Origin: Escherichia coli
GTDB taxonomy: Bacteria; Pseudomonadota; Gammaproteobacteria; Enterobacterales; Enterobacteriaceae
NCBI RefSeq assembly: GCF_048403405.1
Contig: NZ_CP183129.1
Length of the DNA: 64,000 nt
Reading direction: 5' to 3' (one strand)
Part shown: piece after piece, positions 11,644 to 23,427 of the stretch
Layout of the letters: every line of letters begins with the position of its first letter
Numbering within the stretch: the first letter of the stretch is position 1
Made by a program: the position numbers and the translations under genes
Notes under the pieces: generated by a model
Seen by the model: only the letters and a program-made list of their open reading frames with translations
Told to the model about the DNA's origin: nothing
Database searches by the model: none

Positions 11644-12354
11644 ATGGCAACCACTCATTTGGATGTTTGCGCCGTGGTTCCGGCGGCCGGATTTGGCCGT
11701 CGAATGCAAACGGAATGTCCTAAGCAATATCTCTCAATCGGTAATCAAACCATTCTTGAACACTCGGTGCATGCGCTGCTGGCGCATCCCCGGGTGAAAC
11801 ATGTCGTCATTGCCATAAGTCCTGGCGATAGCCGTTTTGCACAACTTCCTCTGGCGAATCATCCGCAAATCACCGTTGTAGATGGCGGTGATGAGCGTGC
11901 CGATTCCGTGCTGGCAGGTCTGAAAGCCGCTGGCGACGCGCAGTGGGTATTGGTGCATGACGCCGCTCGTCCTTGTCTGCATCAGGATGACCTCGCGCGA
12001 TTGTTGGCGTTGAGCGAAACCAGCCGCACGGGGGGGATCCTCGCCGCACCAGTGCGCGATACTATGAAACGTGCCGAACCGGGCAAAAATGCCATTGCTC
12101 ATACCGTTGATCGCAACGGCTTATGGCACGCGCTGACGCCGCAATTTTTCCCTCGTGAGCTGTTACATGACTGTCTGACGCGCGCTCTAAATGAAGGCGC
12201 GACTATTACCGACGAAGCCTCGGCGCTGGAATATTGCGGATTTCATCCGCAGTTGGTCGAAGGCCGCGCGGATAACATTAAAGTCACGCGCCCGGAAGAT
12301 TTGGCACTGGCCGAGTTTTACCTCACCCGAACCATCCATCAGGAGAATACATAA
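11644..12354 (+). CDS. ispD: 2-C-methyl-D-erythritol 4-phosphate cytidylyltransferase
   Basis: 236 aa ORF; ispD-ispF pair. Confidence 0.95.
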
Positions 12355-12833
12355 TGCGAATTGGACACGGTTTTGACGTACACGCCTTTGGCGGTGAAGG
12401 CCCAATTATCATTGGTGGCGTACGCATTCCTTACGAAAAAGGATTGCTGGCGCATTCTGATGGCGACGTGGCGCTCCATGCGTTGACCGATGCATTGCTT
12501 GGCGCGGCGGCGCTGGGGGATATCGGCAAGCTGTTCCCGGATACCGATCCGGCATTTAAAGGTGCCGACAGCCGCGAGCTGCTACGCGAAGCCTGGCGTC
12601 GTATTCAGGCGAAGGGTTATACCCTGGGCAACGTCGATGTCACTATCATCGCTCAGGCACCGAAGATGTTGCCGCACATTCCACAAATGCGCGTGTTTAT
12701 TGCCGAAGATCTCGGCTGCCATATGGATGATGTTAACGTGAAAGCCACTACTACGGAAAAACTGGGATTTACCGGACGTGGGGAAGGGATTGCCTGTGAA
12801 GCGGTGGCGCTACTCATTAAGGCAACAAAATGA
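12354..12833 (+). CDS. ispF: 2-C-methyl-D-erythritol 2,4-cyclodiphosphate synthase
   Basis: 159 aa ORF; start overlaps ispD stop. Confidence 0.95.
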
Positions 12834-13859
12834 TTGAGTTTGATAATCTCACTTACCTCCACGGTAAACCGCAAGGCACCGGGCTGCTGAAAGCCAATCC
12901 GGAAGACTTTGTGGTGGTGGAAGATTTGGGCTTTGAGCCTGATGGTGAAGGTGAGCATATTCTGGTTAGAATCCTCAAAAACGGCTGCAATACTCGTTTT
13001 GTGGCGGATGCACTGGCGAAATTCCTGAAAATTCATGCCCGTGAAGTCAGCTTCGCTGGGCAAAAAGACAAACATGCTGTTACGGAACAGTGGTTATGCG
13101 CTCGCGTGCCGGGCAAGGAAATGCCCGATCTGAGCGCCTTTCAACTGGAAGGCTGCCAGGTGCTGGAGTATGCGCGGCACAAGCGCAAGCTGCGTTTAGG
13201 CGCGCTGAAAGGTAACGCCTTTACCTTGGTACTACGCGAAGTGAGCAATCGCGATGACGTTGAACAACGTCTGATCGATATTTGCGTAAAAGGTGTACCG
13301 AACTACTTCGGTGCCCAACGTTTTGGGATTGGCGGTAGCAACTTGCAGGGCGCGCTGCGCTGGGCGCAAACCAATACTCCGGTGCGCGATCGCAATAAAC
13401 GGAGTTTTTGGTTGTCGGCAGCCCGCAGTGCGTTGTTTAATCAGATTGTTGCTGAGCGCCTCAAAAAAGCAGACGTTAATCAAGTTGTTGACGGCGATGC
13501 GCTACAATTAGCCGGACGTGGTAGCTGGTTTGTCGCAACCACCGAAGAACTGGCGGAATTACAGCGTCGCGTCAACGATAAAGAGCTAATGATAACCGCC
13601 GCATTGCCGGGCAGTGGCGAATGGGGAACTCAGCGTGAAGCGTTGGCATTCGAACAAGCAGCTGTCGCCGCAGAAACTGAATTACAAGCCTTACTGGTGC
13701 GCGAAAAAGTTGAAGCCGCGCGCAGAGCGATGCTGCTGTATCCGCAACAATTAAGCTGGAACTGGTGGGATGACGTCACCGTAGAAATCCGTTTCTGGCT
13801 TCCGGCGGGAAGTTTTGCAACCAGCGTTGTCAGGGAACTTATCAACACAACAGGTGATT

Positions 13860-13879
<20 letters not shown>
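12830..13879 (+). CDS. truD: tRNA pseudouridine(13) synthase
   Basis: 349 aa ORF following ispF. Confidence 0.9.
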
Positions 13880-15241
<1,362 letters not shown>

Positions 15242-15380
15242 AACGTGAGGAAATACCTGGATTTTTCCTGGTTATTTTGCCGCAGGTCAGCGTATCGTGA
15301 ACATCTTTTCCAGTGTTCAGTATGGTGCCTTGCACGGTAATTATGTCACTGGTTATTAACCAATTTTTCCTGGGGGATAA

Positions 15381-16520
15381 ATGAGCGCGGGAAGCCCAAA
15401 ATTCACCGTTCGCCGCATTGCGGCTTTGTCACTGGTTTCGCTATGGCTGGCAGGCTGTTCTGACACTTCAAATCCACCGGCACCGGTCAGCTCCGTTAAT
15501 GGCAATGCGCCTGCAAATACCAATTCTGGTATGTTGATTACGCCGCCGCCGAAAATGGGAACGACGTCTACAGCGCAGCAACCGCAAATTCAGCCGGTAC
15601 AGCAGCCACAAATTCAGGCTACTCAACAACCGCAAATCCAGCCAGTACAGCCAGTAGCTCAGCAGCCGGTACAGATGGAAAACGGACGCATCGTCTACAA
15701 CCGTCAGTATGGGAACATTCCGAAAGGCAGTTATAGCGGCAGTACCTATACCGTGAAAAAAGGCGACACACTTTTCTATATCGCCTGGATTACTGGCAAC
15801 GATTTCCGTGACCTTGCTCAGCGCAACAATATTCAGGCACCATACGCGCTGAACGTCGGTCAGACCTTACAGGTGGGTAATGCTTCCGGTACGCCAATCA
15901 CTGGCGGAAATGCCATTACCCAGGCCGACGCAGCAGAGCAAGGAGTTGTGATCAAGCCTGCACAAAATTCCACCGTTGCTGTTGCGTCGCAACCGACAAT
16001 TACGTATTCTGAGTCTTCGGGTGAACAGAGTGCTAACAAAATGTTGCCGAACAACAAGCCAACTGCGACCACGGTCACAGCGCCTGTAACGGTACCAACA
16101 GCAAGCACAACCGAGCCGACTGTCAGCAGTACATCAACCAGTACGCCTATCTCCACCTGGCGCTGGCCGACTGAGGGCAAAGTGATCGAAACCTTTGGCG
16201 CTTCTGAGGGGGGCAACAAGGGGATTGATATCGCAGGCAGCAAAGGACAGGCAATTATCGCGACCGCAGATGGCCGCGTTGTTTATGCCGGTAACGCGCT
16301 GCGCGGCTACGGTAATCTGATTATCATCAAACATAATGATGATTACCTGAGTGCCTACGCCCATAACGACACAATGCTGGTCCGGGAACAACAAGAAGTG
16401 AAGGCGGGGCAAAAAATAGCAACCATGGGTAGCACCGGAACCAGTTCAACACGCTTGCATTTTGAAATTCGTTACAAGGGGAAATCCGTAAACCCGCTGC
16501 GTTATTTGCCGCAGCGATAA
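15381..16520 (+). CDS. nlpD: Murein hydrolase activator lipoprotein NlpD (LysM + M23 peptidase-like)
   Basis: 379 aa ORF with lipobox LAGCS, proline/glutamine-rich repeats and a LysM segment; directly upstream of rpoS. Confidence 0.9.
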   Translation: MSAGSPKFTVRRIAALSLVSLWLAGCSDTSNPPAPVSSVNGNAPANTNSGMLITPPPKMGTTSTAQQPQIQPVQQPQIQATQQPQIQPVQPVAQQPVQMENGRIVYNRQYGNIPKGSYSGSTYTVKKGDTLFYIAWITGNDFRDLAQRNNIQAPYALNVGQTLQVGNASGTPITGGNAITQADAAEQGVVIKPAQNSTVAVASQPTITYSESSGEQSANKMLPNNKPTATTVTAPVTVPTASTTEPTVSSTSTSTPISTWRWPTEGKVIETFGASEGGNKGIDIAGSKGQAIIATADGRVVYAGNALRGYGNLIIIKHNDDYLSAYAHNDTMLVREQQEVKAGQKIATMGSTGTSSTRLHFEIRYKGKSVNPLRYLPQR

Positions 16521-16582
16521 ATCGGCGGAACCAGGCTTTTGCTTGAATGTTCCGTCAAGGGATCACGGGTAGGAGCCACCTT

Positions 16583-17575
16583 ATGAGTCAGAATACGCTG
16601 AAAGTTCATGATTTAAATGAAGATGCGGAATTTGATGAGAACGGAGTTGAGGTTTTTGACGAAAAGGCCTTAGTAGAAGAGGAACCCAGTGATAACGATT
16701 TGGCCGAAGAGGAACTGTTATCGCAGGGAGCCACACAGCGTGTGCTGGACGCGACTCAGCTTTACCTTGGTGAGATTGGTTATTCACCACTGTTAACGGC
16801 CGAAGAAGAAGTTTATTTTGCGCGTCGCGCACTGCGTGGAGATGTTGCCTCCCGCCGCCGGATGATCGAGAGTAACTTGCGTCTGGTGGTAAAAATTGCC
16901 CGCCGTTATGGCAATCGTGGTCTGGCGTTGCTGGACCTGATCGAAGAGGGCAACCTGGGGCTGATCCGCGCGGTAGAGAAGTTTGACCCGGAACGTGGTT
17001 TCCGCTTCTCAACATACGCAACCTGGTGGATTCGCCAGACGATCGAACGGGCGATTATGAACCAAACCCGTACTATTCGTTTGCCTATTCACATCGTAAA
17101 GGAGCTGAACGTTTACCTGCGAACCGCACGCGAGTTGTCCCATAAACTGGACCACGAACCAAGTGCGGAAGAGATCGCAGAGCAACTGGATAAGCCAGTT
17201 GATGACGTCAGCCGTATGCTTCGTCTTAACGAGCGCATTACCTCGGTAGACACCCCGCTGGGTGGTGATTCCGAAAAAGCGTTGCTGGACATCCTGGCCG
17301 ATGAAAAAGAGAACGGTCCGGAAGATACCACGCAAGATGACGATATGAAGCAGAGCATCGTCAAATGGCTGTTCGAGCTGAACGCCAAACAGCGTGAAGT
17401 ACTGGCACGTCGATTCGGTTTGCTGGGGTACGAAGCGGCAACATTGGAAGATGTAGGTCGTGAAATTGGCCTCACCCGTGAACGTGTTCGCCAGATTCAG
17501 GTTGAAGGCCTGCGCCGTTTGCGCGAAATCCTGCAAACGCAGGGGCTGAATATCGAAGCGCTGTTCCGCGAGTAA
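16583..17575 (+). CDS. rpoS: RNA polymerase sigma factor RpoS (sigma-38)
   Basis: Track ORF 16547..17575 trimmed to ATG 16583 ([21 protein letters not shown]); 330 aa. Confidence 0.95.
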   Translation: MSQNTLKVHDLNEDAEFDENGVEVFDEKALVEEEPSDNDLAEEELLSQGATQRVLDATQLYLGEIGYSPLLTAEEEVYFARRALRGDVASRRRMIESNLRLVVKIARRYGNRGLALLDLIEEGNLGLIRAVEKFDPERGFRFSTYATWWIRQTIERAIMNQTRTIRLPIHIVKELNVYLRTARELSHKLDHEPSAEEIAEQLDKPVDDVSRMLRLNERITSVDTPLGGDSEKALLDILADEKENGPEDTTQDDDMKQSIVKWLFELNAKQREVLARRFGLLGYEAATLEDVGREIGLTRERVRQIQVEGLRRLREILQTQGLNIEALFRE

Positions 17576-17590
17576 GTAAGCATCTGTCAG

Positions 17591-17629
17591 AAAGGCCAGT
17601 CTCAAGCGAGGCTGGCCTTTTTCTTTTGG
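17591..17629. terminator. Rho-independent terminator between convergent rpoS and the MarR-like gene
   Basis: AAAGGCCAG (17591-17599) pairs with CTGGCCTTT (17612-17620), followed by TTCTTTTGG; A-run before and T-run after allow either direction. Confidence 0.6.
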
Positions 17630-17694
17630 TTGGGGAGCCGGTGTGTTTGTGGGCTGGATAAGCCGCAATAGCGTCTCATCCGGCAATTTGCACC

Positions 17695-18102
17695 CTATGT
17701 GTTCATCATCTTGCGCACTAGCTGCATAAACAGCTCCTGCTCTTCTCCACTCAAACGCCCCAAAAATTCCTCATCCACGCTGTCACCTATCGGTATCGCC
17801 GCAGCAAGTATCTTTTCGCCTTCGGCAGTCAGCCAGACAAAGCGTCGCCGCTTGTCAGCGGCGTCATGTTCACGTCTGACTAAGCCACGATTTTCCATTC
17901 TTGCCAACATTTCTGCCAGCGTTGCTTTGGTGCTGACGGCTGCTTCCATCAGTGCCACCTGTTCGATACCAGGTTTATCAGCAATGGCGCGCATCACCGC
18001 GTACTGTGGTTTGGTCAGATCAGGTAACTCGTGCTGCCAGCGGGCCGTGTGTTGCTGAAAAAGCTGTCGTAACTGATGGAACGCTTTATTTCGTAACGCC
18101 AT
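17695..18102 (-). CDS. MarR/SlyA-family transcriptional regulator
   Basis: 135 aa ORF with winged-helix MarR-like sequence; divergent from the ubiX-like gene. Confidence 0.75.
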   Translation of the reverse strand: MALRNKAFHQLRQLFQQHTARWQHELPDLTKPQYAVMRAIADKPGIEQVALMEAAVSTKATLAEMLARMENRGLVRREHDAADKRRRFVWLTAEGEKILAAAIPIGDSVDEEFLGRLSGEEQELFMQLVRKMMNT

Positions 18103-18248
18103 GTAAACTCCGGGCTAATTCTCTGTCGCTATCATAGCGGTTTTTCAGTGACGAAGAAGATGTTGTTACTTTTCAATCCTTGCCGCTGTGGAAATGAAGG
18201 AGTATGTTAATAATAACGTTCGTATACGAACAATTAAGAGAGTAAGCA

Positions 18249-18842
18249 ATGAAACTGATCGTCGGGATGACAGGGGCTACCGGTGCGCCTCTTGGTGTGG
18301 CATTACTGCAAGCGCTGCGGGAGATGCCGAATGTCGAGACTCATCTGGTGATGTCGAAGTGGGCGAAAACCACTATTGAACTGGAAACGCCTTACAGCGC
18401 TCGCGATGTTGCCGCCCTCGCAGACTTCAGCCATAACCCGGCGGATCAGGCGGCGACTATCTCTTCCGGCTCCTTTCGTACCGACGGCATGATCGTTATT
18501 CCATGCAGTATGAAAACGCTCGCCGGTATCCGCGCTGGTTACGCCGATGGCCTGGTGGGGCGCGCGGCGGACGTCGTGCTCAAAGAAGGCCGCAAACTGG
18601 TGCTGGTGCCGCGTGAAATGCCGCTTAGCACAATCCATCTCGAAAATATGCTCGCACTTTCGCGCATGGGCGTGGCGATGGTGCCGCCGATGCCTGCCTT
18701 TTATAACCATCCCGAAACGGTAGATGACATTGTCCACCACGTGGTAGCCCGCGTGCTGGATCAATTTGGCCTCGAACATCCTCACGCCAGGCGCTGGCAA
18801 GGATTGCCGCAGGCCCGGAATTTTTCTCAGGAGAATGAATAA
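18249..18842 (+). CDS. ecdB: UbiX-like flavin prenyltransferase (decarboxylase partner)
   Basis: 197 aa ORF starting MKLIVGMTGATGAPLG (flavoprotein fold); stop overlaps the next start. Symbol is from memory of O157:H7 annotation. Confidence 0.8.
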   Translation: MKLIVGMTGATGAPLGVALLQALREMPNVETHLVMSKWAKTTIELETPYSARDVAALADFSHNPADQAATISSGSFRTDGMIVIPCSMKTLAGIRAGYADGLVGRAADVVLKEGRKLVLVPREMPLSTIHLENMLALSRMGVAMVPPMPAFYNHPETVDDIVHHVVARVLDQFGLEHPHARRWQGLPQARNFSQENE

Positions 18843-20269
18843 TGGCATTTGATGATTTACGCAGCTTTTTACAGGCGCTTGATGACCACGGCCAGTTACT
18901 GAAAATCAGCGAAGAGGTGAACGCGGAACCGGATCTGGCAGCCGCAGCCAACGCCACCGGGCGTATCGGCGACGGCGCGCCCGCGCTTTGGTTTGATAAT
19001 ATTCGCGGCTTTATCGATGCCCGCGTGGCAATGAACACCATCGGTTCCTGGCAGAACCACGCGATTTCCCTCGGCCTGCCGCCAAACACCCCGGTTAAAA
19101 AACAGATTGATGAGTTTATCCGCCGCTGGGATAACTTCCCCATTACCCCGGAGCGCCGCGCCAATCCAGCCTGGGCGCAGAACACCGTCGATGGCGACGA
19201 GATCAACCTGTTCGATATTCTGCCGCTGTTTCGTTTAAACGACGGTGATGGCGGTTTCTATCTCGATAAAGCGTGCGTGGTTTCCCGCGATCCGCTCGAC
19301 CCGGATAACTTCGGCAAGCAGAACGTCGGCATCTACCGCATGGAAGTGAAGGGCAAACGTAAGCTCGGCCTGCAACCGGTGCCGATGCACGATATCGCTC
19401 TGCATCTGCATAAAGCGGAAGAACGCGGTGAAGATCTGCCGATTGCCATCACCCTGGGTAACGATCCGAACATCACCCTGATGGGCGCCACGCCGCTGAA
19501 ATACGATCAGTCTGAGTACGAAATGGCGGGCGCGCTGCGCGAAAGCCCGTACCCGATCGCCACCGCCCCGCTGACCGGTTTTGATGTGCCGTGGGGCTCG
19601 GAAGTGATCCTCGAAGGGGTTATCGAAAGTCGTAAACGTGAGATTGAAGGGCCGTTCGGTGAGTTTACCGGCCACTACTCCGGCGGGCGTAACATGACCG
19701 TGGTGCGTATCGATAAAGTCTCTTACCGTACCAAACCGATTTTCGAATCGCTCTATCTTGGTATGCCGTGGACCGAAATCGACTACCTGATGGGGCCTGC
19801 CACCTGCGTGCCGCTGTATCAGCAACTGAAAGCCGAGTTCCCGGAAGTGCAGGCGGTAAACGCCATGTACACCCACGGCCTGTTGGCGATTATCTCCACC
19901 AAAAAACGCTACGGCGGCTTTGCCCGCGCGGTGGGCCTGCGTGCAATGACCACGCCGCACGGTCTGGGCTACGTGAAGATGGTGATTATGGTCGATGAAG
20001 ACGTTGATCCGTTCAACCTGCCGCAGGTGATGTGGGCGCTCTCCTCGAAAGTGAACCCGGCAGGCGACCTGGTGCAGTTGCCAAATATGTCCGTGCTGGA
20101 ACTCGACCCTGGCTCAAGCCCGGCGGGGATCACCGACAAGCTGATTATCGACGCCACCACGCCTGTCGCCCCGGACAACCGTGGTCACTACAGCCAGCCG
20201 GTGGTGGATTTACCGGAAACCAAAGCCTGGGCTGAAAAACTGACCGCTATGCTGGCCGCACGTAAATAA
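18842..20269 (+). CDS. ecdC: UbiD-family hydroxyarylic acid decarboxylase, large subunit
   Basis: 475 aa ORF of UbiD-like length, coupled to the ubiX-like gene. Confidence 0.8.
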   Translation: MAFDDLRSFLQALDDHGQLLKISEEVNAEPDLAAAANATGRIGDGAPALWFDNIRGFIDARVAMNTIGSWQNHAISLGLPPNTPVKKQIDEFIRRWDNFPITPERRANPAWAQNTVDGDEINLFDILPLFRLNDGDGGFYLDKACVVSRDPLDPDNFGKQNVGIYRMEVKGKRKLGLQPVPMHDIALHLHKAEERGEDLPIAITLGNDPNITLMGATPLKYDQSEYEMAGALRESPYPIATAPLTGFDVPWGSEVILEGVIESRKREIEGPFGEFTGHYSGGRNMTVVRIDKVSYRTKPIFESLYLGMPWTEIDYLMGPATCVPLYQQLKAEFPEVQAVNAMYTHGLLAIISTKKRYGGFARAVGLRAMTTPHGLGYVKMVIMVDEDVDPFNLPQVMWALSSKVNPAGDLVQLPNMSVLELDPGSSPAGITDKLIIDATTPVAPDNRGHYSQPVVDLPETKAWAEKLTAMLAARK

Positions 20270-20279
20270 GGAGAACAAG

Positions 20280-20516
20280 ATGATTTGTCCACGTTGTGCT
20301 GATGAACAGATTGAAGTGATGGCGAAATCGCCGGTAAAAGATGTCTGGACAGTCTATCAGTGCCAGCATTGCCTCTATACCTGGCGCGATACCGAACCGC
20401 TTCGCCGCACCAGCCGCGAACATTACCCGGAAGCGTTTCGTATGACGCAGAAAGACATTGATGACGCGCCAATGGTGCCGAGCATTCCGCCGCTGCTGGC
20501 GGAAGGTAAGCGCTAA
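20280..20516 (+). CDS. ecdD: Decarboxylase small subunit (EcdD/VdcD-like) with zinc-ribbon-like cysteines
   Basis: 78 aa ORF with CPRC...CQHC cysteine pairs, immediately after the UbiD-like gene. Confidence 0.65.
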   Translation: MICPRCADEQIEVMAKSPVKDVWTVYQCQHCLYTWRDTEPLRRTSREHYPEAFRMTQKDIDDAPMVPSIPPLLAEGKR

Positions 20517-20550
20517 ATAAAAGGTCCGATGCCCATCGGACCTTTTTATT
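20517..20550. terminator. Bidirectional rho-independent terminator between ecdD and ygbN
   Basis: GGTCCGATG / CATCGGACC stem flanked by an A-run upstream and TTTTTATT downstream. Confidence 0.65.
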
Positions 20551-20554
20551 AAGG

Positions 20555-21919
20555 TCAAATTACCGCCCATACGCACCAGGTAATTAAGAATCCGGTAAAA
20601 CCGAGAATGGTCGTTAACACTGTCCAGGTTTTCAGACCGTCTGCTACCGACAACCCCAGATATTTGGTCACAATCCAGAACCCTGAGTCATTAATATGTG
20701 ACGCGCCAAGCCCACCAAAGCAGGCTGCCAGCGTCACCAATACGCACTGAATCGGATTCAATCCCATCACCGCTTCTGAGAGTAACCCGCCGGTTGTCAG
20801 GATTGCTACGGTTGCTGACCCCTGCGATGCACGCAGCGCCAGTGAAATAATAAATGCGGCTGGTAACAGAGGCAGGTCAATCATTTGTAGCATGTTGGCA
20901 AGGGCTTTGCCGACGCCCGATTCCACCAGCACTTTGCCAAATACCCCTCCAGCACCAGTAACCAAAATCACTACCGCCGCGGTGGGAAGGGCTGAGCCCA
21001 TAATGTCGCTGGTGTGTTGTAAGCTCCAGCCGCGACGTAAAGCCAATAACCAGAATGCCAGCACCAGCGCAATCATTAGAGCTACCATTGGTGAGCCGAT
21101 CAGCTGTAGCGTACCAAGCAGGGGATGCGAAGGCGGCATCAGTGTTGCGGAAACCGTACCCGCCATGATAATCGCGATAGGAATAACAATTAGCGAGGTG
21201 ACCAGCGCGACGCCCGGTGGATTTATTTTATCGCTTAATTTTGTCGCGCCTTCCTCACTGGCCGGAGCCAGTTGCATCTGTTCCAGTACTTCCACCGACA
21301 TCGCATATTGGCACTTATTGATTATTTTCGCTGCAAAGTAGCCAACAATCCCTACGGGAATAGAAATCGCAATACCGATGATGGTTAGCCAGCCGATGTC
21401 TGCGTGGAGTAACCCCGCTGCGGCGACAGGGCCTGGATGCGGCGGTACCGCCACATGAACAGTTAGCATGATTCCAGCGACAGGCAGGCCAAATTTGAGT
21501 GGCGATATTTTGGCAACCTTGGCAAAACCGTAAATGATTGGCGCAAGAATAATAAAGCCGACATCAAAGAAGACGGGAATACCGAGGAAGAACGCTGCCA
21601 GAGTCAGCGCAGCGATAGTTCGTTTGTCACCTAACTTGCGACTGAAATAATTAGCCAGTGACTCTGCACCACCAGAGTGTTCGATCATACGCCCCAGCAT
21701 AGCGCCCAGACCAATAATAATAGTGACGGAACCAAGCACACCGCCCATCCCGGCGATCATCACTTTACCCACTTCGCCCGCCGGTATACCCGCCGCAAGT
21801 GCGACTAACAGGCTGACGAGGAGCAGAGCAACGAATGGTTGTACCTTTGCCTTGATGACCAGCAGCAACAGCATGATTACGCCAGTTAACGCAATGCATA
21901 ACAATGTAATTGTGGACAT
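20555..21919 (-). CDS. ygbN: GntP-family permease
   Basis: 454 aa polytopic membrane ORF; position next to ygbM as in K-12. Confidence 0.85.
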   Translation of the reverse strand: MSTITLLCIALTGVIMLLLLVIKAKVQPFVALLLVSLLVALAAGIPAGEVGKVMIAGMGGVLGSVTIIIGLGAMLGRMIEHSGGAESLANYFSRKLGDKRTIAALTLAAFFLGIPVFFDVGFIILAPIIYGFAKVAKISPLKFGLPVAGIMLTVHVAVPPHPGPVAAAGLLHADIGWLTIIGIAISIPVGIVGYFAAKIINKCQYAMSVEVLEQMQLAPASEEGATKLSDKINPPGVALVTSLIVIPIAIIMAGTVSATLMPPSHPLLGTLQLIGSPMVALMIALVLAFWLLALRRGWSLQHTSDIMGSALPTAAVVILVTGAGGVFGKVLVESGVGKALANMLQMIDLPLLPAAFIISLALRASQGSATVAILTTGGLLSEAVMGLNPIQCVLVTLAACFGGLGASHINDSGFWIVTKYLGLSVADGLKTWTVLTTILGFTGFLITWCVWAVI

Positions 21920-22007
21920 GGGAAACCCTGTCTGAAAGTTATAGTTAACCTACCCCATCCGTAGATGGGGGGATGTATGGGTACGTTGTAATTAGGGATT
22001 TAACGAA

Positions 22008-22784
22008 TTAGCGCCAGGCGTCAAACCAGCCCAGCCCTTCTTCGGTGAGGCCACGAGGTTTATATTCACAACCGATCCAGCCCTGATATCCCACCTCATC
22101 GAACAGGCGGAACAGCCACGGATAGTTGATTTCTCCATCGTCCGGTTCATGTCGATCAGGTAGTCCGGCAATTTGTACGTGCGCATATTTCCCGGCGTAG
22201 TCGCGGATTAAATGCGTCAGGTTGCCATCTACTTTTTGCGCATGAAAAGTATCTAGTTGAATAAACACGTTATCTCGCGCAACTTCTTCAACAATAGCCA
22301 GTGCCTGATACTGGCTGGAGAAGAGATAATGAGGCTTAACGCCGGGGCTGAGTGCTTCAACTAATATTCGCTTGCCGTGTGGCGCAAAGCGGTCGGCAGC
22401 GTAGCGGAGATTATCGATAAATACTGCCCTGTACCGTTCAGCATCTTCGCCAGCGGGCACGACGCCTGCCATCACATGGACTTGTTCACAATTGAGCGCC
22501 AATGCATATTCCAGTGCCAGGTCGATGTCTGCGTGTGCTTCGTGCTCACGTCCGGGAAGGGCGGATAATCCCCATTCCCCCGCATTAATATCTCCGGGAG
22601 CGGTATTGAACAGCGCCAGTGTCAGATGGTTTTGCTCCAGTTGCTTTTGGATTTGCAGGGTGGAGTAGTCATAGGGAAACAGAAATTCCACAGCATCGAA
22701 CCCGGCTTTTCGCGCTGCGGCGAAGCGTTCAATAAAAGGCACTTCGGTGAACATCATGGATAAATTAGCTGCAAAACGAGGCAT
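22008..22784 (-). CDS. ygbM: Hydroxypyruvate isomerase-family protein (2-oxo-tetronate isomerase)
   Basis: 258 aa ORF in the ygbJ-N operon. Confidence 0.8.
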   Translation of the reverse strand: MPRFAANLSMMFTEVPFIERFAAARKAGFDAVEFLFPYDYSTLQIQKQLEQNHLTLALFNTAPGDINAGEWGLSALPGREHEAHADIDLALEYALALNCEQVHVMAGVVPAGEDAERYRAVFIDNLRYAADRFAPHGKRILVEALSPGVKPHYLFSSQYQALAIVEEVARDNVFIQLDTFHAQKVDGNLTHLIRDYAGKYAHVQIAGLPDRHEPDDGEINYPWLFRLFDEVGYQGWIGCEYKPRGLTEEGLGWFDAWR

Positions 22785-22788
22785 TGCA

Positions 22789-23427
22789 TTAACTCCTTAA
22801 TTCCGCAATTTCACCTGCGGTCAGATAACGGATCGGGCGGTCACCGAGAATAAAAATCAGCTTTGCCGTTTCCTCCAGCTCTTCCATATTGTTGGCGGCT
22901 TCTTGCAGGCTTTCACCGCAAACCACTGGGCCATGATTTGCCAGTAAAAAAGCCTGATTGTCTGCTGCCAGTTCCGCCAGATCCTGTGCGATGCGTTTAT
23001 CGCCCGGTCGGTAATAAGGCACCAGCGGGACATTTCCCATCCGCATCACCACGTATGGTGTGAACGGACGAATAACGTTGCTGCTGTCCAGCCCTTGCAG
23101 GCAGGAAAGCGCCGTCGACCATGTGCTGTGCAAATGCACCACCGCTTTACAGCGCGGATTGTTGCGATACAGCGCCAGATGAAAGAGCACCTCTTTCGAG
23201 GGTTTGTCACCACTTAACCATTCGCCATCCGCGGCGACTTTGGAAAGCCGCTGCGGATCGAGATTGCCCAGGCATGAACCTGTCGGTGTCGCCAGTAAAT
23301 TCCCGTCAGGTAAAAGCAGCGACAAATTGCCAGCCGAACCGGTTGCATAGCCGCGCTGAAAGAATGAACTGGCAATCCGCGTCATCTCCTCTCGCAAAGA
23401 CTGCTCTACTTTTGCGAAATCGCTCAT
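22789..23427 (-). CDS. ygbL: Class II aldolase/adducin-family protein (3-oxo-tetronate 4-phosphate decarboxylase)
   Basis: 212 aa ORF in the ygbJ-N operon. Confidence 0.8.
   Translation of the reverse strand: MSDFAKVEQSLREEMTRIASSFFQRGYATGSAGNLSLLLPDGNLLATPTGSCLGNLDPQRLSKVAADGEWLSGDKPSKEVLFHLALYRNNPRCKAVVHLHSTWSTALSCLQGLDSSNVIRPFTPYVVMRMGNVPLVPYYRPGDKRIAQDLAELAADNQAFLLANHGPVVCGESLQEAANNMEELEETAKLIFILGDRPIRYLTAGEIAELRS

Noticed and set aside
17009-17686. 225-aa minus-strand ORF overlapping rpoS
   Set aside because: Antisense to a highly conserved gene with no promoter or RBS evidence. The same reasoning applies to antisense ORFs at 28951-29769 (in mutS), 23624-24331 (in ygbK), 19235-19960 (in the UbiD-like gene), 35497-36114 (in hypB) and 38333-38911 and 39362-39868 (in hycC).
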